Shown here in pieces: positions 39,877 to 48,126 of a stretch of DNA of 64,000 nt. The position numbers were made by a program, and so were the translations under genes. The notes below the pieces were generated by a model. The model saw nothing but the letters and a program-made list of their open reading frames with translations. It ran no database searches and had not been told where the DNA came from. Source of the DNA: Candidatus Fraserbacteria bacterium (GTDB taxonomy: Bacteria; Bipolaricaulota; Bipolaricaulia; RBG-16-55-9); the NCBI GenBank assembly GCA_037443265.1, contig JBBIOR010000006.1:12896-76895 (forward strand). The letters are read 5' to 3'. The first letter of the stretch is position 1. Each line of letters begins with the position of its first letter.

Positions 39877-42195
39877 ATGAGCAAGCTGGTCATCGTCGAA
39901 TCCCCCACCAAGGCGCGCACCATCGAGCGCTACCTGGGAAAGGGCTTCAAAGTCTTGAGCTCTATGGGCCACGTGCGGGATCTGCCTGAGAAGGAGCTGG
40001 CCGTGGACATCGAGCGCGATTTTGAGCCCAAACTCATCGTCACGAACAAGAAAGCCGTCTCCCAGCTCAGAAAAGCCCTCGAGGGCGCCGAGGTCGTCTA
40101 TCTTGCGACAGACAACGACCGCGAGGGGGAGGCCATCGCGTACGATCTTTACGAGGTGCTCGACCACAACCGCCAGAAGAAATATCTGCGAGTGGTCTTC
40201 AATGAGATCACCCAGCGCGTGATCTTAGAAGCCATCGAGCACCCCACGGATATTGATCTCAAGAAGGTCGAAGCCCAGCGGGCCCGAAGGATTCTCGATC
40301 GGCTCGTGGGATATCTCATCAGCCCCTTGCTCTCAAAGACCCTCTCCGGCAGCCAGTATGAAGGGCTCTCCGCCGGGCGCGTCCAGAGCGTGGCTCTTAG
40401 GCTCATCTGCGACCGCGAACGGGAGATTCAAGCCTTTATTCCAGAAGAGTACTGGACGATCGATGCCCAGCTTATGGATGGCAGAGAATTCTTAGCCCAT
40501 CTGGAGCGCTACCAGGGTAAGAAGCCTCAGATTCCCAATCAAGCCGAGGCTGCGCGCATCCACCAAGAACTTAAGCGACTGGCGCAGGCTCCCGGCTTCA
40601 TCGTGCAGGGCATCAAAGAAGAAGAATCTCATCGGAGTCCGCCGCCGCCGTTCATCACGAGCACCCTGCAGCAGGCGGCCTCTTCGCTGCTGCGCTTCTC
40701 GCCGCAGAAGACGATGCAGCTGGCCCAGCAGCTCTATGAGGGCGTCCCGCTGGAAGAGGGCCAAGAGGGCCTCATCACGTACATGCGCACAGACTCGCTG
40801 CGCGTCTCTGACATAGCCCGCAAGGAGCTCAGGGCGTTCATCCTCGCTGCCTTCGGCCACAAGTATCTCTCACCCCAGGAGCGGCTGTTCAAGAACAAGA
40901 AGGCCGCCCAAGATGCGCATGAGGCCATCCGCCCCACGGACGTAAAGCGAACGCCCGAGTCGATCAAGCCATTCTTAACCCAAGATCAATACAAGCTCTA
41001 CAAGCTCATCTGGGAGCGTTTCGTGGCCACCCAGATGGCCGAGGCCCTCTATCACAAGCGAGCAGCCAGCATCTCGGCCAGCGATTATCTGTTCATGGCC
41101 AGAGGGAGCAAGCTCGTCTTCGACGGCTTTCTAAAGATCTGGAGGCTGCCGCCCATGAAAGACGAGGGCGTGGAGATCCCTGATCTTGCGGAGGGCGAGC
41201 GTCTCACGCTCATGGGCATTCTGGCAGAGCAGCACTTCACCGAGCCGCCCAAGCGCTACAGCGAGGCCTCTCTGGTGAAGGCGCTCGAAGAGAAGGGCAT
41301 CGGACGCCCCAGCACGTATGCCACCATCGTCTCCACCATCCAGGAGCGCGGCTATGTCCAAAAAGAGAAGGGTGGAATCCTGCGGCCTACGCTTTTGGGC
41401 TTCATCGCTACAGATTTCTTGAAAGACTTCTTCCCCTTGACGGTCGAGGAGGGCTTTACGGCCCACATGGAAGAGGAGCTGGATAAGATCAGCAGCGGTG
41501 AACTCACCCGCGTCCAGGTGCTCCGAGAGTTCTACGAGCCCTTGTCCAAAAGGCTCGAGCACGTCCAACGCGAGCTCAGCCAAGACCGCCTGAGCTTTCG
41601 CATCCTGACGGACGTGAGTTGTCCGAGCTGCGGCGCGCCCATGGAAGTGCGCTTCTGGAAGGGCAAGTCCTTCCTGGGCTGCTCACGCTATCCCGACTGC
41701 AAGCAGACGATCGATTTCCCCGAGAACGTCGAGTACCTCTACCAGGGCAAGCGCGTGCTCATCCAAGAGCAACTCAAAACCCATGAGCAAAAGAAAGAGA
41801 TGACGGCTAAAGCGGCGGGACGGACCTGTCCCAACTGCGGCGCGCCCATGGAACTGAGAGATGGAAGATTCGGGCGCTTCTACGGCTGCTCACGCTATCC
41901 CGACTGCAAGACGACCGAGCCCATCTCCACGGGAGTCCCTTGCCCGCTCTGCGGACGCGATATGGTCGAGCGCTACTCTCGCAAGAAGCAGAAGGCCTTC
42001 TATGGCTGCCAGGGCTATCCGGAGTGCACATTCACCGTCAATGAACGTCCGGTCAAGCTCTGCCCGGCGTGCGAGGAGGGCGTACTGGTCCGGCGCGGGG
42101 ACGGAGAAGAAGTGCTCAGCTGTAGCAACAAGAAGTGCGGCCATCGCGAGGTCGTCGAGCCTTCTGTCGCTGCCTCCTCCACAGAAGAGGAGTGA
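39877..42195 (+). CDS. topA: DNA topoisomerase I with C-terminal Zn ribbons
   Basis: IVESPTKA, ATDNDREGE, SAGRVQS, LITYMRTD, AHEAIRPT, GIGRPSTY; multiple C4 ribbons. Confidence 0.97.
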   Translation: MSKLVIVESPTKARTIERYLGKGFKVLSSMGHVRDLPEKELAVDIERDFEPKLIVTNKKAVSQLRKALEGAEVVYLATDNDREGEAIAYDLYEVLDHNRQKKYLRVVFNEITQRVILEAIEHPTDIDLKKVEAQRARRILDRLVGYLISPLLSKTLSGSQYEGLSAGRVQSVALRLICDREREIQAFIPEEYWTIDAQLMDGREFLAHLERYQGKKPQIPNQAEAARIHQELKRLAQAPGFIVQGIKEEESHRSPPPPFITSTLQQAASSLLRFSPQKTMQLAQQLYEGVPLEEGQEGLITYMRTDSLRVSDIARKELRAFILAAFGHKYLSPQERLFKNKKAAQDAHEAIRPTDVKRTPESIKPFLTQDQYKLYKLIWERFVATQMAEALYHKRAASISASDYLFMARGSKLVFDGFLKIWRLPPMKDEGVEIPDLAEGERLTLMGILAEQHFTEPPKRYSEASLVKALEEKGIGRPSTYATIVSTIQERGYVQKEKGGILRPTLLGFIATDFLKDFFPLTVEEGFTAHMEEELDKISSGELTRVQVLREFYEPLSKRLEHVQRELSQDRLSFRILTDVSCPSCGAPMEVRFWKGKSFLGCSRYPDCKQTIDFPENVEYLYQGKRVLIQEQLKTHEQKKEMTAKAAGRTCPNCGAPMELRDGRFGRFYGCSRYPDCKTTEPISTGVPCPLCGRDMVERYSRKKQKAFYGCQGYPECTFTVNERPVKLCPACEEGVLVRRGDGEEVLSCSNKKCGHREVVEPSVAASSTEEE

Positions 42196-42197
42196 AC

Positions 42198-42596
42198 ATG
42201 CACCCCCAAGATTTCACTTATGTGATCGAGTCAAAGCGCGGGGTTCGCGAGGCGGTGGTCTCCGTCTGGAAGGCCGCCATGGCCGCGGGCTGGACGGTCG
42301 TAGGCGACTACGATCTGACGGGCCTGCTCACCATGGGAGACGGCTCGGTCGAGATCAAGAGCCTCGATATTTGTCGTCCTGAGCTGGCCCGGCCCTTTGT
42401 GCAAGAAGAGATGCTCACGGCGCTCTGCATGCCCTGCAACGTGTTGATCTATTCTGAAGGCCGCAGGACGAAGCTGGCGGCGATGCGCCCGAGCGTCGTG
42501 ATGCCCAAGCTCTTTGCAGAGGCTGCTCAATCGATCGGCGACGTGCTTAAGCGCGTGGATCAGGAGCTTCAGAGGATCCTGGAGGCGGCCAAGTGA
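42198..42596 (+). CDS. DUF302-like protein
   Basis: LDICRP..A..LCMPC.VLIY..G.TK.AAMRP; start ATG 42198. Confidence 0.75.
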   Translation: MHPQDFTYVIESKRGVREAVVSVWKAAMAAGWTVVGDYDLTGLLTMGDGSVEIKSLDICRPELARPFVQEEMLTALCMPCNVLIYSEGRRTKLAAMRPSVVMPKLFAEAAQSIGDVLKRVDQELQRILEAAK

Positions 42597-42603
42597 GCGA
42601 GCC

Positions 42604-43398
42604 ATGAGGGATTCCAAAAGCCGGATCTCTGATCAAGCCCAGAAAGAGCAAGTACGGAAGATCTTTACCGAGAAGGCCGACTCCTATGCGGCCCATAAGC
42701 CCCTGCTCGATCAAATCTCTTATGAGTGGATGCTCAAGCTCAGTCGGGTGGGGCCGAGGGATCGCGTTCTGGATGTAGCCACAGGGCCGGGGTTTATCGC
42801 GCTGCTCTTGGCCGAGCGCGCCCGCTATGTGATCGGCTTAGATCTCACGCGGGCTCTGCTTAGGCGGGCCGAGGCGCTTAAGCGCGCGCGTGGTCTTAGC
42901 AACATGGGCTTCCTCGAGGGAGATGTAGAATCTCTGCCGTTTCCTGCGGGGGCTTTTGATCTGGTGGCTTGCCATAAAGCCTTTCATCACTTCCCCAGGC
43001 CACAGCGGGTTCTTAAGGAGATCCATCGCGTGCTCAAGGAGGGCGGTCGGCTGGTGCTAGGCGATACGCTCTCTTCAGAAGATCCCCAGAAGAGCCGATG
43101 GCACAATCGTCTGGAGAGAATGAGAGATTCTTCGCACGTCAAAATGTACCCGCTTACGGAGCTTCGGGCGATGATCGAGCAGGCGGACTTTCAGATCGAG
43201 GACGTGGCGGAGTTCGAAGACGAGCGGGACTTCGAGACGTGGATGAAGACGATCTCTCCTCCGCCCGCGGTAAGGGAAGAGATCCGGCGGGTCCTGCTCG
43301 AGAGCCTCCCCGAGGATCGCACGGGTCAGAAGGTGCGCCTCGTAGAGGGGAGACTCTACTACACGAGGCACTCGGCCGTGATTGCGGCCGTGAAGTAA
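42604..43398 (+). CDS. Class I SAM-dependent methyltransferase (UbiE-like fold)
   Basis: VLDVATGPG, GDVESLPF, FDLV, AFHHF, RVLKEGG. Confidence 0.88.
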   Translation: MRDSKSRISDQAQKEQVRKIFTEKADSYAAHKPLLDQISYEWMLKLSRVGPRDRVLDVATGPGFIALLLAERARYVIGLDLTRALLRRAEALKRARGLSNMGFLEGDVESLPFPAGAFDLVACHKAFHHFPRPQRVLKEIHRVLKEGGRLVLGDTLSSEDPQKSRWHNRLERMRDSSHVKMYPLTELRAMIEQADFQIEDVAEFEDERDFETWMKTISPPPAVREEIRRVLLESLPEDRTGQKVRLVEGRLYYTRHSAVIAAVK

Positions 43399-43402
43399 AA
43401 GT

Positions 43403-43807
43403 TCACTGAGCCGCCTGGTCGATGATCGCCTTCACTTCCTGGTCAATTTGCTTGGCTGGCTCGCCGAGCTTCGAGGCCGCCTCGCGGAAGATCTGAGGCA
43501 AGATGGCGCTCGGGCGCATGGCGGCGATCTTCGTCTTGCCCTTGTCTGTGTAGATGAGCACGCTGCAGGGCATGCAGAGTGCCGTCAAGCGCTCGGTTAT
43601 CATGAAGCGATTCGCATGGGCGGGGGCACAGATGTCAAGCGATTTGACCTGCTCTGTCTGCGGGAATCCCTTGGCGGCGAGGATCTCGGAAAAATCATAG
43701 TCGCCCAGGATGCCCCACTTAGCGGCCTCCGCAGCACGTCTTACGGCGATCACCGCGTCCTGAAAGCCCTTCGACGTCTCTTGGATGTAAATGAAGTCGG
43801 CCGTCAT
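43403..43807 (-). CDS. DUF302-like protein (paralog of 42198-42596)
   Basis: GDYD, KSLDICAP, LTALCMPC, TKIAAMRPS. Confidence 0.78.
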   Translation of the reverse strand: MTADFIYIQETSKGFQDAVIAVRRAAEAAKWGILGDYDFSEILAAKGFPQTEQVKSLDICAPAHANRFMITERLTALCMPCSVLIYTDKGKTKIAAMRPSAILPQIFREAASKLGEPAKQIDQEVKAIIDQAAQ

Positions 43808-43909
43808 AGCTCTCCCTCCTCAGAGATGATGTGGCTATATTATGGCAAGCTGGGGGAGAATCATCTAGCCCCTTGAAAGGTCGTGGCAGGAGTGTTAGAT
43901 TGACAGTGG

Positions 43910-43996
43910 GCCGGGGTGGCGAAACGGGTACACGCGGCAGACTTAAAATCTGCTGGGCTCTTAGGGCCCTTGCGGGTTCGAGTCCCGCCCCCGGCA
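43910..43996 (+). tRNA. tRNA-Leu(TAA)
   Basis: GCCGGGG/CCCCGGC acceptor, GCAGA-CTTAAAA-TCTGC, long variable arm. Confidence 0.95.
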
Positions 43997-44082
43997 CAAG
44001 AGCTTTTTCGAGGGTGTTTTCGGAATGCCCTCAGAGGCCCGCACGGGAGTTAATATGCGCAGACATGGGAATGGGAGGGTCG

Positions 44083-45264
44083 ATGAACAGAGCTCAATTC
44101 AGCCGGAGGGAATTTCTTAAGCGCACAGGTGCCATGATGTTCTCCCTCTATCTGGCCCGAAGCCTGGGATCTTCCAGGGCTTTGGCACGGACTGCAGAGG
44201 ACATGCCCATCGACCTTGTGGAGGCCGTGACCCAAGAGGACGGCAAGCTGAACGTCTTCAACTGGTCGCTCTACATCGCGGAAGACCCTGTGACGGAGGA
44301 GGAGTTTGGGGTCGATCTCAGGGACGCCACGCCGACCATCGCAAGATTCGAAGAGGAGTTCGGTATTCGAGTCACGTATGACACCTTTGAGAGCCAAGAG
44401 GAGATGCTGGCCAAGGTCCGCCCCGGAGCCAGCGGCTACGACGTGGTCGTCGTCACGAACTACTACGTGCCCCAGATGGTGGGCCTGAAGCTCCTTAGGC
44501 CCCTCAAGAGGGAGTGGCTGACGAATTGGCAGAACCTTGCGGCGCGCTTCCAAGGGCCGCCTTTCGGTCCCAATCCCGACTATGCCGTGCCCTACCTGTG
44601 GGGTGTGACCGGCTATGCCTACAACGAGAAGAGGGTCCGAGGCAACCCCAGGCTCGGCAGCTGGGAGCTCTTGTTTAAGGGCCGAGAGTACCGCGGCCGG
44701 ATCACGATGCTCGACAGCCTCTTCATCGACGGGATCAACGCGGCCTTGAAGCTTCTGGGGTATTCTTTAAACGAGACGAGTCGGGAGGCGCTGCTGGCGG
44801 CCGGGGATCTGCTCTTTGCGCAGAAGCCTCTCATTCGCGCCTACCTGGCCGGTCCGGTGCGCGATCTTTTGGCGGCCGAAGAGGTCTGGCTCGCTCAGCT
44901 CTGGAGTGGGGATACGCTGGCCGCCCAGCAGCAGAACCCAGCTGTCCAGTTCCAGCTTCCCAAAGAAGGCTCTGACGTCTGGGTGGACAGCATGACGATC
45001 CTGGCGGAATCCAGGCGTCCGGCCACCGCACACCTCTGGATGAATTACATCTTAAGGGCCCACGTCCATGCCGGGATCGCCACCTGGGTGGCCTTCGCCA
45101 CTCCCAACGAAGCCGCCCTGCGATTCATCCCCGAGCAGCAGCGCACCAGCTCGATCATCTATCCTACTGAGGCAGAACTCAAGAATTTCGAGCTGTTCGT
45201 GCTCCCCCAGGGCGAGGCTCTGGAGATCCGCCAGCGAATCGCGGATGAGCTCCTAAGCGGCTGA
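44083..45264 (+). CDS. potD: Polyamine ABC substrate-binding protein (PotD/PotF-like), Tat signal
   Basis: SRREFLK; LNVFNWSLYI, YDVVV, PYLWG, WSGD, PKEG..W.D. Confidence 0.87.
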   Translation: MNRAQFSRREFLKRTGAMMFSLYLARSLGSSRALARTAEDMPIDLVEAVTQEDGKLNVFNWSLYIAEDPVTEEEFGVDLRDATPTIARFEEEFGIRVTYDTFESQEEMLAKVRPGASGYDVVVVTNYYVPQMVGLKLLRPLKREWLTNWQNLAARFQGPPFGPNPDYAVPYLWGVTGYAYNEKRVRGNPRLGSWELLFKGREYRGRITMLDSLFIDGINAALKLLGYSLNETSREALLAAGDLLFAQKPLIRAYLAGPVRDLLAAEEVWLAQLWSGDTLAAQQQNPAVQFQLPKEGSDVWVDSMTILAESRRPATAHLWMNYILRAHVHAGIATWVAFATPNEAALRFIPEQQRTSSIIYPTEAELKNFELFVLPQGEALEIRQRIADELLSG

Positions 45265-46196
45265 TGAGTGCTTTCCGGCGCAGTCTTCTGCGCTCCCTCT
45301 GGAGGCATCCTAACGCCAGGACGGTAGTCACCCTAAGCCCGGTCGTCTTCTGGCTCGCCCTCTTCGTAGTGGCTCCCATGCTCATCGTGCTCTACTACAG
45401 CTTGCTCACCGGTGGCCCCTATGGCGCACTCCTTCCCCATCTTACTCTGGAGAACTATCAAAAGCTCTTCGTCACAGAGAATCTCCGCACGGGAGAGCTT
45501 GAGCCTAACTGGCTCTACTTGACCGTCTTCGCTCGCTCATTGGGGCTGGCACTGCTCACCACGGCCATCTGCCTGCTGGTGGGATACCCGGTGGCCTACT
45601 GGATCGCCCTCTACGGCGGAAGATTTAAGGGCCTCTGGATCGGGCTCTTCGTGCTGCCATTCTGGACGAGCTATCTGGTGCGCATCTTTGCGTGGATGTT
45701 CTTGCTGCGCGATCCCTCTGGGTTCATCAACCAACTCCTCTTGCGGACGGGGCTCATCCAGGAGCCCATACAGCTTCTATACAACCCGACCGGGGTGCTC
45801 ATCGGCATGGTCTACACGTATCTGCCCTTTGCGGTCATTCCGCTCTATGCCTCGTTGGAACGTCTGGATCGCTCTGTGTTGGAGGTGGCCTTCGATCTGG
45901 GGGCCCGGCCGTGGCAGCGGCTCTGGCGGGTGACGCTGCCTCTCAGCCGCGGTGGCATCTTGAGCGCCTCCGTGCTGGTCTTCGTCCCGTCTGTGGGCGA
46001 ATATCTCATTCCCGATCTTATGGGGGGAGCCAAAGTGAACCTGATCGGCAACGTGGTGGCCGATAAGTTCCTGCGGGATCAGAACTGGGCCTTCGGCTCG
46101 GCTATGGCCATGGGGCTGATGGGGATCGTGATGGCCCTCTTGCTCCTCTACTTTAAGCTCAGCCGGAGCGCACAGGTCTTCGAGAGGCAACGATGA
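45264..46196 (+). CDS. potB: Polyamine ABC permease
   Basis: LPFWTSYLVR, VYTYLPF, EVAFDLGA. Confidence 0.87.
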   Translation: MSAFRRSLLRSLWRHPNARTVVTLSPVVFWLALFVVAPMLIVLYYSLLTGGPYGALLPHLTLENYQKLFVTENLRTGELEPNWLYLTVFARSLGLALLTTAICLLVGYPVAYWIALYGGRFKGLWIGLFVLPFWTSYLVRIFAWMFLLRDPSGFINQLLLRTGLIQEPIQLLYNPTGVLIGMVYTYLPFAVIPLYASLERLDRSVLEVAFDLGARPWQRLWRVTLPLSRGGILSASVLVFVPSVGEYLIPDLMGGAKVNLIGNVVADKFLRDQNWAFGSAMAMGLMGIVMALLLLYFKLSRSAQVFERQR

Positions 46197-47035
46197 GCCG
46201 AGGGGTAAGCGGGCGTAGCCTCTTTGCGATGGCACTTCCCCTGCTTATTTTGCTCGTATATCTCTTCATCTATGCTCCTCTTTTCATTTTAATGCTCTTC
46301 TCGTTCAACTCCGCGGGGAATCTCGCCTGGTGGCAGGGGTTTTCGCTCCAGTGGTATGAGCAGCTCCTGGGCTACGATCAGCTCTGGAAGGCGCTCAAGA
46401 TCAGCCTGATGGTCACCGGCACGACCGTGCTCATCTCCACGGCTCTAGGCACACTCACGGCCTACGCCCTCTATCGCTGGAGGTTCTGGGGTAAGCGGCT
46501 CTTCGAGAGCGTGCTCTATCTGCCCTTGTACATCCCTGAGGTGGTGCTGGGGATTTCGCTTCTGGTCTTCTTCATCTTCTTGAGGATCCCCAGGGGGCTA
46601 CTCACGATGATCTTAGCCCATGTGGCGTTTACCACCCCTCTGGTGGTGCTAGTGGTGCTGGCCCGGATGCAGCGGATCGACTGGGCGCTGGAAGAAGCCG
46701 CCATGGATCTGGGGGCCGATGAGCTTGTGACACTTAGCAAAGTGACGCTCCCTCTGCTCTGGCCGGGGATTCTGGCCGCAGCGCTTCTGGCCTTCCCTTG
46801 GTCGTTCAATGACTTTGTGATCACCTACTTTGTTACCAGTCCCGGCAATGCTCCGCTGCCGGTGTTGACGTATAATCTGATTTTGGGAGCCCGAAGGAGC
46901 GGGGCCATGGGGATGATCAACGCCTTGGGCACGCTCATGACGGTGGTGACGCTGCTTTTGCCCCTGCTGGCTCTTTTGCTGGTGCGCCTGAGGCGCTTCT
47001 CGCTGCCCGGCTTCCGCTTCCCAAGGAGGAGGTAG
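46193..47035 (+). CDS. potC: Polyamine ABC permease
   Basis: FSFN, GFSLQWY, PEVVLG, LEEAAMDLGA. Confidence 0.87.
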   Translation: MSRGVSGRSLFAMALPLLILLVYLFIYAPLFILMLFSFNSAGNLAWWQGFSLQWYEQLLGYDQLWKALKISLMVTGTTVLISTALGTLTAYALYRWRFWGKRLFESVLYLPLYIPEVVLGISLLVFFIFLRIPRGLLTMILAHVAFTTPLVVLVVLARMQRIDWALEEAAMDLGADELVTLSKVTLPLLWPGILAAALLAFPWSFNDFVITYFVTSPGNAPLPVLTYNLILGARRSGAMGMINALGTLMTVVTLLLPLLALLLVRLRRFSLPGFRFPRRR

Positions 47036-48124
47036 ATGGACACTCCCAGCGTGGAGCTTCGCGCGGTGACCAAGCGCTTTGGCAGCGTTGTAGCCGTCGA
47101 TCATGTGAGTCTCGCCATCGCCAAGGGGGAGTTCTTCTCGTTTCTGGGGCCGAGCGGCTGCGGCAAGACCACCCTGCTTCGCACGATCGCAGGCTTAGAG
47201 ACGCCCGATTCCGGCGATATCCACATCCATGGGGAGCGGGTGAACGATCTTCCCCCCTATGAGCGCAACGTCTCCACCGTCTTTCAACGCCTGGCTCTCT
47301 TTCCCCATCTCACGGTGGGAGAGAACATCGCGTTTGGACTTAAGATTCAGGGTCAACCTCGTGACACGATCCAGAGAAGAGTGAGGGAGATCCTAGAGCT
47401 GGTGCGCCTGCCAGGTTTAGAACAACGCTATCCTGATCAGCTCTCGGGCGGGCAGCAACAGCGGGTGGCGCTCGCCCGTTCGCTGGTGCTTGAGCCGGAG
47501 GTGCTCCTGCTCGATGAGCCGCTGGCGGCTTTAGATAGAAAGCTCCGGCTGGAGATGCAAATGGAGCTCCGCCGGATTCAGCGAGCAGTGGGCATCACCT
47601 TCATCTACGTCACGCATGATCAGAAGGAAGCGCTCAGCCTGTCGGATCGCATGGCCATCATGAAAGAGGGTCGAATCGTACAGGTGGGCACGCCCCAGCA
47701 GATCTACGAGCACCCCCGGACGGCCTTCGTGGCGGATTTTATGGGGGCTTCCAATCTCTTCTCCGGCGAGCTGATCGAGCAGTGGGGGCAGCTTTGTCTT
47801 CATACGAAGAGCGGCTTGATCATTCGCGTTCTCCCTGCGCCAGAGGGCTCATCTTCCAACGGGGCACAGCTTCTGGCGCTCCGCCCGGAGATGATCGAGA
47901 TCCGTCGCCTGGACGAGGGCTTCCCATCTGAGAACTGCTTCGTGGGCCGAGTCCTGCAGAAGGTGTATTCAGGAGAGATCCTAGAGTTTGAGGTGCTCCT
48001 CAATGGGACGGAGCGCCTCAGGGTGCACTCTCCCAGTCGCTCGCCTGCAGCTCAGATCCACGTGGGCGAAGAGGTCCTCGTGGCTTGGGATCCCGAGGCG
48101 GGGTCTCTACTTAGCGCAGAGTGA
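47036..48124 (+). CDS. potA: Polyamine ABC ATPase
   Basis: GPSGCGKT, LSGGQQQR, LLDEPL, VTHDQ, TOBE-like tail. Confidence 0.9.
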   Translation: MDTPSVELRAVTKRFGSVVAVDHVSLAIAKGEFFSFLGPSGCGKTTLLRTIAGLETPDSGDIHIHGERVNDLPPYERNVSTVFQRLALFPHLTVGENIAFGLKIQGQPRDTIQRRVREILELVRLPGLEQRYPDQLSGGQQQRVALARSLVLEPEVLLLDEPLAALDRKLRLEMQMELRRIQRAVGITFIYVTHDQKEALSLSDRMAIMKEGRIVQVGTPQQIYEHPRTAFVADFMGASNLFSGELIEQWGQLCLHTKSGLIIRVLPAPEGSSSNGAQLLALRPEMIEIRRLDEGFPSENCFVGRVLQKVYSGEILEFEVLLNGTERLRVHSPSRSPAAQIHVGEEVLVAWDPEAGSLLSAE

Positions 48125-48126
48125 GC

